Assembly: GCF_001194135.2 (NCBI RefSeq)
Contig: NC_068985.1
Span: 20,691,329 to 20,755,328, forward strand
Source of the DNA: Octopus bimaculoides
Lineage: Eukaryota
DNA: 64,000 nt
Direction: 5' to 3'
The translations under genes were made by a program, and so were the position numbers. Each line of letters starts with the position of its first letter. Position 1 is the stretch's first letter. The notes below the pieces were generated by a model that was not told where the DNA came from, did no database searches, and saw nothing but the letters and a program-made list of their open reading frames with translations. This document shows, in pieces, positions 1 to 12,372 of the stretch.

Positions 1-175
1 TCAATTTTATTTTCACACATGAAGAATGCCTAAACCTAGACATGGAAGTATACCGTAATACTACCGGCTATTTAGTAATTCTAAGAGTGAACAAGCCCTA
101 TTTTGTACTCTGCTACTTTCCTAATGGAATACACCTTAAATATATATGTATATATAGAAATATTATATATGTGTG

Positions 176-324
176 TGCATGGCTGTGTGATAGGAAGTTT
201 GCTTCCCAATTACATGGTTCTAAGTTCAGTCCCACTGTGTGGCACTTGAGCAAGTGTCTTCTACTATAGCCTCGGGCTGACCAAAGCCTTGTGAGTGGAT
301 TTGGTAGAAGGAAACGAAAGAAGC

Positions 325-356
<32 letters not shown>

Positions 357-580
357 CATGTCTGTGTCTTTGTGTCTGTTTGTCCCTCCATCACCATTGA
401 CAATGGGGTTGGTGTGTTTATGTCCCTGTAATTTAGCAGTTCAACAAAAGAGTCTAATACAATAAGTACTATGCTTACAAAGAATAGAATAGACCCTGGG
501 ATCAATTTGTTTGACTAAAAACCCTTCATGGTGGTGCTCCAGCATGGTTGCAGTCAAATGACTGAAACAAGTAAACAAAA
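176..580 (+). mobile_element. tRNA-derived SINE, family A (internal microsatellite), near full length
   Basis: Head GGCTGTGTGATAGGAAGTTTGCTT...AAGTTCAGTCCCACTG (A/B-box-like), internal (TA)n, and 3' GGTGGTGCTCCAGCATGG..CAGTCAAATGACTGAAACAAGTAAA. The same sequence recurs at more than 15 places in the window. Confidence 0.9.
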
Positions 581-1407
581 TCAAAGAATATAATATTATA
601 TATATATATTTATATATGTACATACACCATGATAAAATGGAAGATGGACAGGCGGTTGTTAATGGCACCAATGCATTTATAAATAATAAACTGTACTAAT
701 ATATATATATNNNNNNNNNNNNNNNNNNNNNNNNNNNNNNNNNNNNNNNNNNNNNNNNNNNNNNNNNNNNNNNNNNNNNNNNNNNNNNNNNNNNNNNNNN
801 NNNNNNNNNNNNNNNNNNNNNNNNNNNNNNNNNNNNNNNNNNNNNNNNNNNNNNNNNNNNNNNNNNNNNNNNNNNNNNNNNNNNNNNNNNNNNNNNNNNN
901 NNNNNNNNNNNNNNNNNNNNNNNNNNNNNNNNNNNNNNNNNNNNNNNNNNNNNNNNNNNNNNNNNNNNNNNNNNNNNNNNNNNNNNNNNNNNNNNNNNNN
1001 NNNNNNNNNNNNNNNNNNNNNNNNNNNNNNNNNNNNNNNNNNNNNNNNNNNNNNNNNNNNNNNNNNNNNNNNNNNNNNNNNNNNNNNNNNNNNNNNNNNN
1101 NNNNNNNNNNNNNNNNNNNNNNNNNNNNNNNNNNNNNNNNNNNNNNNNNNNNNNNNNNNNNNNNNNNNNNNNNNNNNNNNNNNNNNNNNNNNNNNNNNNN
1201 NNNNNNNNNNNNNNNNNNNNNNNNNNNNNNNNNNNNNNNNNNNNNNNNNNNNNNNNNNNNNNNNNNNNNNNNNNNNNNNNNNNNNNNNNNNNNNNNNNNN
1301 NNNNNNNNNNNNNNNNNNNNNNNNNNNNNNNNNNNNNNNNNNNNNNNNNNNNNNNNNNNNNNNNNNNNNNNNNNNNNNNNNNNNNNNNNNNNNNNNNNNN
1401 NNNNNNN

Positions 1408-1437
<30 letters not shown>

Positions 1438-1438
<1 letters not shown>

Positions 1439-1600
1439 GGCACAGAAGTGGCTGTGTGGTAAGAAGCTATCTTCCAAACCATATTGTTCCAGGTTCAGTC
1501 CCACTGCATGACACCTTGGGCAAGTGTCTTCTACTATAGCCTCACATCAACCAAAGCCTTGTGAGTAGATTTGGTAGACAGAAACTGATAGAAGCACATC
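1438..1600 (+). mobile_element. SINE family A, 5' half
   Basis: GGCACAGAAGTGGCTGTGTGGTAAGAAGC...GAAACTGATAGAAGC. It ends at the position of the internal TA tract, where the mariner-type element begins. Confidence 0.88.
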
Positions 1601-1607
1601 GTATATA

Positions 1608-2142
1608 CAGGTTTTGGTGAATACATTCTCGTCTAAATTATGCAGAAATGAAAATAACACTGACATCTCATTTTAACAGATATATTTGCCAAAATTACAT
1701 TAAAATATCTTGAAATACTAAAGGATAAATTTATTTAATAAAATTGCCATTGGCTTTAATCACAGCCTCCAGACAACTTCAGAATCTCCTGCAAATCTTC
1801 TGGATGGTCTCCTTGTTTAAGTTGGTGAATAATCCTTGCCTTCAGTTCATCTGTGGTGTTACATGGAACTTTGTTGGTCTATTGCTCAACTGTGCCCCAC
1901 ACATAATAATCAAGAGGGTTGCAGTCTAGGGAGTTTGGTGGCCAAATTTTAGAGGTGATGTGGTCGCAGAAATTGTCTGACAACCATGACTGAGTTCTCC
2001 TGCTTGTGTGGCATGGTGCAGAATCCTGTTGCCAGACATAGGTTCTTCCAGCAGCCCCCCTCTTAACCCAGGGTAGCACTACCTCCTTCAGGCACTTGAT
2101 GTATGCCTTTATGTTGAGTTTGAGGCCATGTGGGAAGATGAA
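1608..2142 (-). mobile_element. Tc1/mariner transposase C-terminal fragment, maT (DD37D) type, with terminal repeat
   Basis: Minus frame reads ...VLPWVKRGAAGRTYVWQQDSAPCHTSRRTQSWLSDNFCDHITSKIWPPNSLDCNPLDYYVWGTVEQ*, with 37 residues between the QD and NPLD aspartates (counted). It ends in TA-CAGG at 1606-1611 on the plus strand, a typical TA-flanked TIR start. Confidence 0.88.
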
Positions 2143-2832
2143 ATTCTAGAAATTACTAATACTTTACACATGTATTTATATATTATCTGAACTGTTTAAA
2201 ATAAATAAATAGACATGATATAATGTCTAACAGCTGGCGAATACTACCTCTGGATTCCCTCCATTTTATNNNNNNNNNNNNNNNNNNNNNNNNNNNNNNN
2301 NNNNNNNNNNNNNNNNNNNNNNNNNNNNNNNNNNNNNNNNNNNNNNNNNNNNNNNNNNNNNNNNNNNNNNNNNNNNNNNNNNNNNNNNNNNNNNNNNNNN
2401 NNNNNNNNNNNNNNNNNNNNNNNNNNNNNNNNNNNNNNNNNNNNNNNNNNNNNNNNNNNNNNNNNNNNNNNNNNNNNNNNNNNNNNNNNNNNNNNNNNNN
2501 NNNNNNNNNNNNNNNNNNNNNNNNNNNNNNNNNNNNNNNNNNACCACTTTCTACACTAATAGGACAATATGAGTATGAATTCCTGAGAATGGTAGAATTG
2601 ATCTTTTTCCCAAATATTAAATATCTATACCCAATAAGTAAATAATTAGCTCTGCATAACTACAAATAAAATCTTTCAACTGCAAAATACTATTAACACA
2701 AATCAAATTTTAACCCTTTCGATACCAACAAAGCTCATGTTGCCATTCGTTCAAAATTACAATCTTCCTCTTTTAAAGTGATCTAAATTAAAACCTTCAA
2801 TCAAAATGTGTTCAATTATATTCCAAATGCCA

Positions 2833-2975
2833 GCATCACCATCATCATTTAATGTCCACTTTTCCATGCTTGGCCACACAGAATTTGTCAAGATAGATTT
2901 TCTATGGCTGGATGCCCTTGCTGTCACCAACCCTTACCTGTTTCCAAGCAAGATAACATTTTCCCATAACCAGAC
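2833..2975 (-). mobile_element. (GAT)n-tailed SINE/LINE 3' end, family C (diverged)
   Basis: CATCATCATTTAATGTCCAC..TTCCATGC...GGCTGGATGCCCTT..TGTCACCAACCC, homologous to the other family C copies. Confidence 0.8.
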
Positions 2976-3075
2976 ATATATTTTTTTTCATGGAAGACTG
3001 AAAACAAATAAGCCTGATTGTATTACAAAGGAGCTCATATACAACTATCATGTGATACACCAACACACAAGGTGA

Positions 3076-3232
3076 CGTCTTTCAGTTTCCTTCTTCCAAA
3101 TTCATTCACAAGGTATTGATTTGTAGGAGCTATAGAAGACACTTGTCCTAGGTGCTGTGCAATGAGACTGACTGAAGCTATGACCACAAGGTTAAAAAGC
3201 AATCTTCTTAACCACATAACTATGCCTATGTC
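3076..3232 (-). mobile_element. SINE family A, 5' part
   Basis: Reverse complement of the family A head (CTTTCAGTTTCC...AGAAGACACTTGTCC..GGTGCTGTGCA...TTCTTAACCACA). Confidence 0.8.
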
Positions 3233-3809
3233 TATAACCACACCAATTAACTGAGACGAAAGTTGTGTATTTTAGCAGAAATATCATAACAGAAGGGTTA
3301 AAGAAAGAAGAAATATAAGTGTGATAGCCTAACATATCAACTTTTTACAACATTACCACTCTAACAGTAAAATTAATTCTGTGCACTTAAATGCCAACCA
3401 ATCACAATACAGCAGCTATTTCTTAATCCAATTCAAAACTCTTTATACCTTCCCACACAAGCTCTGTAAGTAACTAGAAGTGATTCTCATTAGTTTTATC
3501 TATCAATATTTCACCCACTCACTCATCAATACAGTAGAGCTTAATCTACTATAATTCCAATACTTTGAAGATGGCTAGTCTACGAAACTGAAAGATTTGT
3601 GCACATTTCTTCTTTTTTATCTTAACATGGCAAAATATAGCGCACTCTCTTTCTCTAGATTAACTTGTCTAGCAACATAGCACTCTCTTTCTAGACTAAA
3701 CTGATTTACTTTGAAATAGTATAAATAGCTGGGCATTACATTGGGGCATAGAATGTTCATTCTTCTTTTTTTAGAAGAAGCATACATAAATGGAAAACTA
3801 CACCTATAG

Positions 3810-3811
<2 letters not shown>

Positions 3812-3876
<65 letters not shown>
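3812..3876. repeat. (CT)n microsatellite
   Basis: Pure CT run seen directly. Confidence 0.97.
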
Positions 3877-3878
<2 letters not shown>

Positions 3879-3954
3879 CCTTCATAAACAAATATTGCAA
3901 ACAATCAATCAGTTAATGGTTAACTGATTAACTAACTGACGAATAATAATGGTT

Positions 3955-4120
3955 TCAAATAGTGACATAAGGTCAGCAATTTCAGGAAGTGGGTAAGTCA
4001 ATTACATTGACCCCAGTACTTATTTTATCAATCCTGAAAGGATGAAAGGATAAAAGGCAAAGCCAACCTTGGTGGTACTTGAACTCAGAATGTAAAAACG
4101 GACAAAATGCTGCTCAATTA
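3955..4120 (-). mobile_element. tRNA-derived SINE, family B
   Basis: ATTACATTGACCCCAGTAC...GGATGAAAGG..AAAGCCAACCTTGG..TTGAACTCAGAATGTAAA is the reverse complement of the family B core. Confidence 0.82.
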
Positions 4121-4427
4121 ACTAATGATTATGAAGTGAAATAGAACCAGTACATGTTGGCATAATGACCCTCCCAAAATACAACAAAATTTGTTTCAAC
4201 ATATGAGTTCACATCAAAAATCTTGCAAAACAAATACAAAAATGAAATATTTGTTTTGTAGTTAATACCTTTATGCAAACCATGCATCTATCTCTAGTTT
4301 CTATTTTACTTACCTCAACTTCTCCTAGACCTTAACCCAAAGGCACAAGCCATTAATATAATATTGAGGAGTACATTCCTACCAAGGAAAAATTCAGTGC
4401 CCTTAAGAATACACTTGTCTCTTTGCA

Positions 4428-4500
4428 TGTGTGTATGTGTGTGTGCATGTGTGTGCGTGTGTTTGTGTATGTGTGTATGAGTGTGTGTGCGTGTGTGCGT

Positions 4501-4592
<92 letters not shown>
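4428..4592. repeat. (GT)n microsatellite
   Basis: Long GT run with an imperfect 5' part. Confidence 0.97.
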
Positions 4593-4594
<2 letters not shown>

Positions 4595-4624
4595 CTTGAA
4601 GGGTTTTAGTCAAAGAAATTGACT

Positions 4625-4932
4625 CTAGTACTTATTCTAAGTATGTTACTTATTCTTTTGGTCACTTTCACCAAACTCTTAAGTTACAGGGATGTAAACG
4701 AACCAACAACAGTTGTCAAGTAATGGTAGGACAAACAGAGACACCAAAGCTTACACACACCCATATATATGATAGGCTTCCAAAAGTTTCCATCTTCCAG
4801 AATCATTCACGAGGCATTGGTTGGTCCAGGGTTATAGCAGAAGACATTTGCTCAAGATGCTGCACATTGGGACTGAACCCAAAATCAAATGATTACTAAG
4901 TGAACTTCTTAACTTCACAGCCATACCTGTGC
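4625..4932 (-). mobile_element. SINE family A (diverged)
   Basis: Reverse complement of both the 3' body and the head (GGGACTGAACCC...CTTCTTAAC..CACAGCCATACCTGTGC). Confidence 0.82.
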
Positions 4933-5214
4933 AGTAAAAATCAATCCCTTTGCCATGTCCACCTGAGTAATGATTAATAGATTTGCTAATGAAAGACTAT
5001 ATTGTAAATGGCATAATTATTTACATCACACAACTCCAGAGTACATTTCTTGTACAGTGGTTGCTATTATATATTCTGTGGTTGTTGAAACTAGCAACTA
5101 TAATGACAATAACATCATCAATTTATGATGTATACTGTATAATGACCTCAGAGAACTGGTCTTTTGCTTATGGAGTATAAGGAGAGATCAAAAGTGCTGC
5201 CACATTGCTTATTT

Positions 5215-5560
5215 TTAAGGTAAAGACACCCTTCGGTCATTAATGACAATGGGATTGCACCTAGAAAGTTCCCCTCCAAGGCACAAGTCCAGGCAAGGTT
5301 GTTAATGGAAGACCAGCAGTTGTCTATGCATGTCAGCCTCCCCTCTCCATGCCACTGATGTTGTCCACAAGAAAGGCAAAAGCCAATACAGCTTGGCACC
5401 TGTGATGCTGTAGCTCATTTCTACAGCTGAGCAAACTGGAGCAATGTGAAAATAAAGTGTCTTGCTCAAGAACACAACACATAGTCCAGTCTGGGAATCA
5501 AACTCATTACCACATGATTGTGAGCCCGATGCTCTAACCACTGAGTCATGTGCCTTCACA
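5215..5560 (-). mobile_element. tRNA-derived SINE, family D
   Basis: The reverse complement begins GTGAAGGCACATGACTCAGTGGTTAGAGCATCGGGCTCACAATCATG...GAGTTTGATTCCCAG (tRNA-like A and B boxes), followed by GTGTTCTTGAGCAAGACACTTTATTTCAC. Related copies at 11345-11505 and 51900-52130. Confidence 0.88.
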
Positions 5561-6094
5561 TGCTTATTAATTATCTGAGTTAAATCACTATACCACCTGT
5601 TCTTAGTACTTTGCTATATTTATTCATTTTGTAAAGTTAAGAAGCTTGCTTCCCAACCATGGATTCAGTGTTACCATGAAACACCTCGAAGAAGTATCTT
5701 TTTATTTAGGCCTTTTCTGACCAAAGCATTGTGAGTGGATTTAGTAGATGGAAACTAAAAGAAACGCATGTACACCTGCATGTGTATGTATGATTTTTCT
5801 TTGAGTTTTATTTAAGTTTTCCTTGAGAGAGTTCAAGCCGGTTGCTAACAGAGCAACAAGACTTGAGTTGAGAGAGTTCTTGGTGTTTCTAAATATGTGA
5901 ACTGAGTCAGTGTGTTGGTTGAATTGTTAATGCATACACCCAAGTGTGTGTGTCTATTCACATATGTATGAATATATGTATATATGCATGCATGCATGCA
6001 TATATACATGAATGTATGTATGCATGTGCATGTGTTTGTGTGTACCATGTTCTTGACATTGTGATGATTGTAAATGAGCATCACCATTGTAGAA

Positions 6095-6328
6095 ACAGCG
6101 AGCTAGCAGAAACGTTAGCATGCCTGGCAAAATGCTTAGCGGTATTTCGTCTGCCATTACGTTCTGAGCTCAAATTCCGCTGAGGTCGACTTTACCTTTC
6201 ATCCTTTCGGGGTCGATAAATTAAGTACCAGTTACGTACTGGGGTTGATGTAATCGACTTAATCCCTGTGTTTGTCCTTGTTTGTCCCCTCTATGTTTAG
6301 CCCCTTGTGGGCAATAAAGAAATAAGAA
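6095..6328 (+). mobile_element. SINE family B, near intact
   Basis: GCGAGCTAGCAGAAACGTTAGCA...GTTCTGAGCTCAAATTCCGCTGAGGTCGACTTT...GGGCAATAAAGAAATAAGA, with CpGs largely retained. Confidence 0.92.
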
Positions 6329-6734
6329 ACGTTGTTGTTTGTTTAGTCTTCCATGAGCATGTCTGAACATAGAGAAATATTACCTTACTTGGAATCAAAT
6401 AAGGGTTGGTGACAGGAAGGGCACCTGGCCATGGAAAATCTACCTCATTAAATTCCATCTGATCCATGCAAGCATGAAAACATCACCGTTAAAAGATGAT
6501 GATGATAACGATTGATCGCTTGATTGATTGATTGATGGTATTTTGTACAGAAGGGTTTTACTGGCATCAGTAACTAAACACCATTTGCCTAGTTTGGTTT
6601 GTTTATGGTGAATCAACAGTGATGATGTCTCACATGTCATTATGTTGTAGACACCATCTGTTAGCCTGTTTGCTGTCAGTTTAGTTATTTGGCTGACAAT
6701 ACCCTGCCATGATGCTAAACAATGACAATTAAGC

Positions 6735-7330
6735 AGACAAAAAAAGACATATGCAATTAGTTACAAGCTGCTAGTTGTTGAAATTATGTTGCAACTGGGC
6801 AGCTGAGCAACAGTACAGACCTTCATCAACTGAAAAATACCTTGCAACTAGAAAAAGCCAGAGGTTCTTCATAAAATGTGAAAAAGAAACATTGATTTCA
6901 TTATAAAGAAGCAGTGTTCTCACAAATGAAGGAATCCAAGGCAAGGGGAATGGCAGAAAAGGAAAATAGATCAACATGATGAGTCTGTCAGATCTTCATC
7001 TTGGTGATACCATTTTACAAAGTGTTATGATCTAAACATGAGAGTAAATACCAGGATTATACAGAAATGCCTAAAGAATATGACTCATGGAGTTTTATGA
7101 ACAGAAAGGAGAAAAATTCTGTAATCACTGCCAGGAAAGAAACAAATTATGAATAGGAAATATTGATGAAGTGCTGTTAATATCCAGTATTGATATCATG
7201 TAAAACTATTGTAAATGAAGGGGTAAAACAATGACCATAAAAACGACTGGACATTAAGAAGCACCATTATACCATTGATTTGGTCTACTGTGCAAACAGC
7301 ACAAAGCTTCTGTCTTTACCATTTTTTTTA
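6735..7330 (+). pseudogene. Decayed pogo-type (Tc1/mariner superfamily) transposase relic
   Basis: Across frameshifts and stops it reads RQKKTYAISYKLLVVE (N-terminal HTH-like) ... SW*YHFTKCYDLNMRVNTRIIQK/MPKEYDS (CENP-B HTH-like) ... IGNIDEV (first catalytic D, cf. IGNMDE) ... GKTMTIKTTGH*/KHHYTIDLVYCANSTKLLSLPFF (cf. KTTGHEKTHFTVVLACCADGTKLPP). Truncated by a family B SINE. Confidence 0.75.
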
Positions 7331-7369
7331 ATTATCCCACCTTGTGTCATGTTTACATCTGTTAGAAAG

Positions 7370-7580
7370 GAAGCTGGCAGAATCATTAGCACACCAAGCA
7401 AAATGCTTAACAGCATTTCTACCACCTTTACATTCTGAGTTCAAATTCTGCCACGATTTGACTTTGCCTTTCCTTTTGGGGGTCGATAAAATAAGTACTA
7501 GTTCAACACTGGAATTGATGTGATCCTCTAATTTCCTCTTTCAAAACTGCTTGAACTTGCACCAAAAATCTGAAATCATT
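7370..7580 (+). mobile_element. SINE family B
   Basis: GCTGGCAGAATCATTAGCACACCAAGCAAAATGCTT...TTCTGAGTTCAAATTCTGCC...GGGGTCGATAAAATAAGTAC. Confidence 0.87.
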
Positions 7581-8120
7581 GTTATTATTAACTAAATATA
7601 GGGACTTCAGCAAGTCGTGGTACTTTCAAGAAGCATATTTCATATGAGTCCTAATAGGCAAATGAGATATAAGTGGCACTTTCTCTCTCACACAATTTCT
7701 CCAAATATAATGAGACCATTGGTGCATGTCACTGACCTCCATAGAATGTAGTAAAGGATAATGGGTGCACAGATAGTCAGAACTTTGTAGTATTTCTAAA
7801 ACACTTGCACAGATAATTGGAATGTAAAATGGAAAAAAAAACCCATGTTAACAATTCATAGAGAGTATGTCCAGCAGCACTGTACTAAGTGTCGTTAATG
7901 CTAAACTATTTTATCCCCAATTAGATATTTTTAGAAAAATAAATCGTTAATAATATGCTGTTAAATCATCAAAAACATTTCTTTCTCCAAGATGTATCTT
8001 GCTAATTACAGGGTGTGTTTTATTGCATATAATTTCATGAGTTAGGAAATAAGGCATATATGCTTATATATAAATATATTTGTGTATCTATATCTATATT
8101 TATTTATCTATCTATCTATA

Positions 8121-8151
<31 letters not shown>

Positions 8152-8337
8152 NNNNNNNNNNNNNNNNNNNNNNNNNNNNNNNNNNNNNNNNNNNNNNNNN
8201 NNNNNNNNNNNNNNNNNNNNNNNNNNNNNNNNNNNNNNNNNNNNNNNNNNNNNNNNNNNNNNNNNNNNNNNNNNNNNNNNNNNNNNNNNNNNNNNNNNNN
8301 NNNNNNNNNNNNNNNNNNNNNNNNNNNNNNNNNNNNN

Positions 8338-8382
<45 letters not shown>

Positions 8383-9799
8383 CATACATATGAATGTGTA
8401 TATGTGTAAATGTATATATATACACACATATATATATATGTATGTGCGTGTGTGTGTGTATATATATATAGTTAGATAGATATACATTTATGTATGTATA
8501 TATGAATAGAGTGAGAGGGACAGTGAATATGAAAGGTAGAAATTACCTTTACATAATGTGTAACATAAGAATCACGAAATTTAATATATTTAATATTCTA
8601 AAGTATAAGTTCGAAGTATAAACAGACTTGTGGAAATAATCAAATTTCTTGGCAAATGTACCCACACATACACACACATGCACACACATTCAAATACACA
8701 CAAATACACACATGCACAACATGCAAGTACACACACACACACACATTGAGAGAAAGAGAGAAAGGAAATAATAGTGAGAGAGGTAGACAAATATATTTAG
8801 AGAGAAAGACAGACAGGGAGATAGTCAGTATAGTTGTACAATGAGGAAGACTATAAATATATATATTAATTTATTTTGTTTCTACTGGTGAATCATCCAT
8901 TTCAGATCTCTTTTCAACATGTTCATCAATGGTATGGTAATGTGTGTGTATGTATGTTTAAATATACACACACAGGCATATAATATATGCATGCATATAT
9001 TCACATATGTACATATAATTTTTTTTTTCATGTAGTGTATATTAAACAATGAAGTGCTCTATATAGGCTTAATACAGTGTTTACTGTTAGTTAATGAGTA
9101 TAGGATACTAAATATTAAAATCAATGATGAGGTTTGTCACACATTTTTGAGTATAATGTATTTAGCTGTTTTTAGTCAGCATAGTACAAAGGTTAGAACT
9201 CAAATGATAATTGTTAATAAATAACCAGTTATGTGATATATAACTCTGAAGTAGTCATCTGTCTGTATTAGTAGAATTTTATGCGCACAAATTTCATCCT
9301 ATGGCAGCTGGTGGACATTAGCTCTGACCTTCTTTTGCTGGAACATAGTCGATAACTCACTTCATGTAAATACATTACTGAACATCTATCTATCCAATAT
9401 GTGTTATAATGACAGTGGTGTTATTTATTCTGGAGCAGTACTCAAAAGAGCTGATGTATAGCTAAAGGTCTTTTAGAATTAGTCTTGAATTTATTCTTGC
9501 AATAATTTTGGTCTGAAATTTTGTTTTGAAACTAATATTGTTATATTTGGAAAAAGTTATGATTGCTAAAACTTATAAATACACTGTCCAATTGTTTCTC
9601 TGTAGTACACTTCATTTTCTTTTCCAAAACAGCACTCCAAAGTATTTTTCAAACACCAATAAGTAGCTTTCTCAATGAAATTAGACTTTTTCTTTTAAAA
9701 GAAAATGTATACCCATTAATTTAGGGGACTGTTTGGCAAGGTTAATAAGCTCACTTTTTAATCATATTGTCTCAAGTTCAGTCCCGCTGCATGGCAGAT

Positions 9800-10208
9800 T
9801 GGACATAGTTGTGTGGCGAGAAGCTTGCTTTTTGACCACATGGTTCTGGTTTCAGTCCCACCATGTGACACTTTGAGCAAGTTTCTTCTTCTATAGGCTT
9901 AGGCTGACCAAAGTCTTGTAAGAGGATTTGGCAGATGGAAACTTAATGAAACCCATTGTATGTATATGTATGTGTGTGTGTATTGAGGGGGTGTTTGTGT
10001 CTGTGTTTGTTACCCACCACTACCTGACAACTGGTGTTAGTGTGTCTATAGCCTCATAACCTAGCCGTTCAGCAAAAGACCCCAATAGAATAAATACCTG
10101 GTTTATAAAAAATAAGTTCTGGGGTTGATTCATTTGACTAAAAATTCTTGAAGGTAGTACCCCAACATGGCCACAGTCTAATGGTTGAAACAAGTAAAAA
10201 ATAAAAGA
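9800..10208 (+). mobile_element. SINE family A, full length
   Basis: Head, internal (TATG/TG)n and the 3' CCCCAACATGGCCACAGTCTAATGGTTGAAACAAGTAAAAA tail are all present. Confidence 0.88.
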
Positions 10209-10480
10209 TCACCAAGAAATGGTTTACTTTCTTGCTAGTAGATGCCCCCAATGAATTTTTAAACAAACAGGAGTAAGTAAAAAATAATAGATAAAAGACA
10301 AGCAACTGGTGAGAATACTTGTAGGCTTTATTAATCATAACTTTTACCAAATGTAAAAATGTTTCTAAATTAGATTTTTGTTATGGCAACGCATGAGTTA
10401 CCTTTTGTTTGCCATCTATAACATTGACATGGTAGATGAGATTTCATTACAGACAGGAAATATTTGTAATGTTCTTCCAG

Positions 10481-10507
10481 TTGTTGCCTTGGTTCCTTTC
10501 TATACCA
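10481..10507 (+). CDS. Candidate 27-nt micro-exon (unidentified gene)
   Basis: gttcttccag|TTGTTGCCTTGGTTCCTTTCTATACCA|gtgagt. Phase 1/1, reads xVALVPFYTx. Splice signals only, no homology recognised. Confidence 0.25.
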
Positions 10508-11109
10508 GTGAGTTTATTCAGTATGCTAGATTTTCTAGACAGGTCACCTTCACTTCAACATATCTGTTCTTGTTGGTTAGTAATTGGAATAAAGTGCTAT
10601 ACATGAAAAAAAAAAGGTTAGTAGAATAGGCAGGTAGGTTATAGGAAACTGAAGATTAATGAGACAAGCTAGGTTGCATAGCGGAAATAAAGGATATGAT
10701 GAGGTAAATTCCAAGATACCTAAGTTCATTGGGACAGGGAAGCCTGAAATAACAAAAAAAAAAAAAAAAATTGAATAAAGAGAGGAAGTTATCTGATGAT
10801 ATACAAGTTTAAATAACTTAGCACTGGCAATTTTTATGTAGTGTTAAATAGCTGGCTGCCAGGGTAGCCCATAGGTTTTGTGAAATGGTAGTTTATAAAA
10901 GAGAGAAACAACTTTACCACTCAGCTAATGACATCATAGCATGGCAACATGCTCCTAGTTAGTAGGCTGTTCATGTATATGCTTGTGAGTGTATGAGTGC
11001 ATGTGTGTGTTTGTATGTGTTTGTGTATGTGTGAATACATATATTTTTATTCTTTTACTTTTTCAGTCATTTGACTGCGACCATGCTGGAGCACCGCCTT
11101 TAGTTGAAT

Positions 11110-11505
11110 AAATCAACTGGCAGGTGAAAAGCACCAATCAAATGTAGCTGATACCAGTACCCCCCTGACTGTCCCTTGTGCTGGTGGCACATAAAAAGCA
11201 CCCACTACACTCTCTGAGTGGTTGGCGTTAGGAAGGGCATCCAGCTGTAGAAACATTGCTAAATCAGATTGGAGCCTGGTGCAGCCACTGGCTCTCAAAC
11301 CTCAGTCAAACCATCCAACTCATTCCAGCATGGAAAACAGATGTTAAACAGCTTGGCACCAGTGATGTCGCAATTCATTCTACAGATGATTGAACTGGAG
11401 TAATGTGAAATAAAGTGTCTTGCTCAAGAACACAACACACAGCCCAGTTGGTAAATCGAACTCATTACCTCTTGATTGTGAGCCTGATGCCCTAAGCACT
11501 GAGCC
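11110..11505. mobile_element. Nested family C (+) and family D (-) SINE fragments
   Basis: GCACCCACTACACTCTCTGAGTGGTTGGCGTTAGGAAGGGCATCCAGCTGTAG (family C) is directly followed by CAGCTTGGCACCAGTGATGTCGC..GTCTTGCTCAAGAACACAAC (family D). Confidence 0.85.
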
Positions 11506-11960
11506 CACACACATACAACAGGCTTCTTTTAGTTTCTGCCCATCAAATCCACGCTTAAAGGTTTGTTCTCCCTGAAGCTATAATCAAATACACTTGCCCA
11601 AAGTGCCACTCAGTAGGACTGAACCTAGAACCATGTTGTTCAGAAGCAAACTGCTTACTACATAACAAAACTTATAATCTTCGTTATGACCTCAGTGCAC
11701 CATTACTTCATATTATATAACAATTCCCACAACTATGATGGTATGAGGGTATGTCAATATCAAAACAAATACATACAAATAATCACGAGACTCAAAAAAT
11801 AAACATAGACTAAAATATGAAATTGATTGTGATGCAATACATACATACATACATACATATTTCCCAAAGATGGAGCCTTGTATCTTTGTTGGAAACTGGC
11901 TCCCTCCTCAGTAGAAGATTTATAATAATTACAAAAATAGAAGAAACATACATATACATT

Positions 11961-11999
<39 letters not shown>

Positions 12000-12104
12000 A
12001 TAATATTAGGGACAAAATCCAAAATTACAGGCAAAGAACTCAATTAAAATCAATTTATAAAAAATTAAAATTAAATTGAGCCTTATAGATAAAGTATATA
12101 TAAA

Positions 12105-12368
12105 ATATATAGTTTTAGGGAAAATAACCAATTATCAAGAACTCATCGATGAAAATCCACTATCACATATAGAAAAATTAATAATTAAAAGCACAATAAA
12201 TGAGTATAATATAAAGTAAAGTAAATATCATAAGATATCTTATGATATTTACTTTACTTTATATTATACTCATTTATTGTGCTTTTAATTATTAATTTTT
12301 CTATATGTGATAGTGGATTTTCATCGATGAGTTCTTGATAATTGGTTATTTTCCCTAAAACTATATAT
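12105..12368. repeat. Perfect 264-bp zero-spacer palindrome flanked by (TA)n
   Basis: Axis lies between 12236 and 12237 (AAGAT|ATCTT). Spot checks: 12121-12130 pairs with 12343-12352 and 12181-12190 with 12283-12292. No mismatch seen. Confidence 0.95.
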
Positions 12369-12372
12369 ATAT

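Noticed and set aside
3470-3590. Minus-strand exon (FRRLAIFKVLEL* or PSSKYWNYSRLSSTVLM)
   Set aside because: Several alternative acceptors and frames, none linkable to other exons, and no recognised homology.
9560-9692. Minus-strand frame KKSNFIEKATYWCLKNTLECCFGKENEVYYRETIGQCIYKF*
   Set aside because: Weak donor, no homology, and a length expected by chance.
10560-10745. Minus frames with ELRYLGIYL (RT-like) or a hydrophobic peptide
   Set aside because: A single short motif with no flanking RT motifs, and the frames close quickly.
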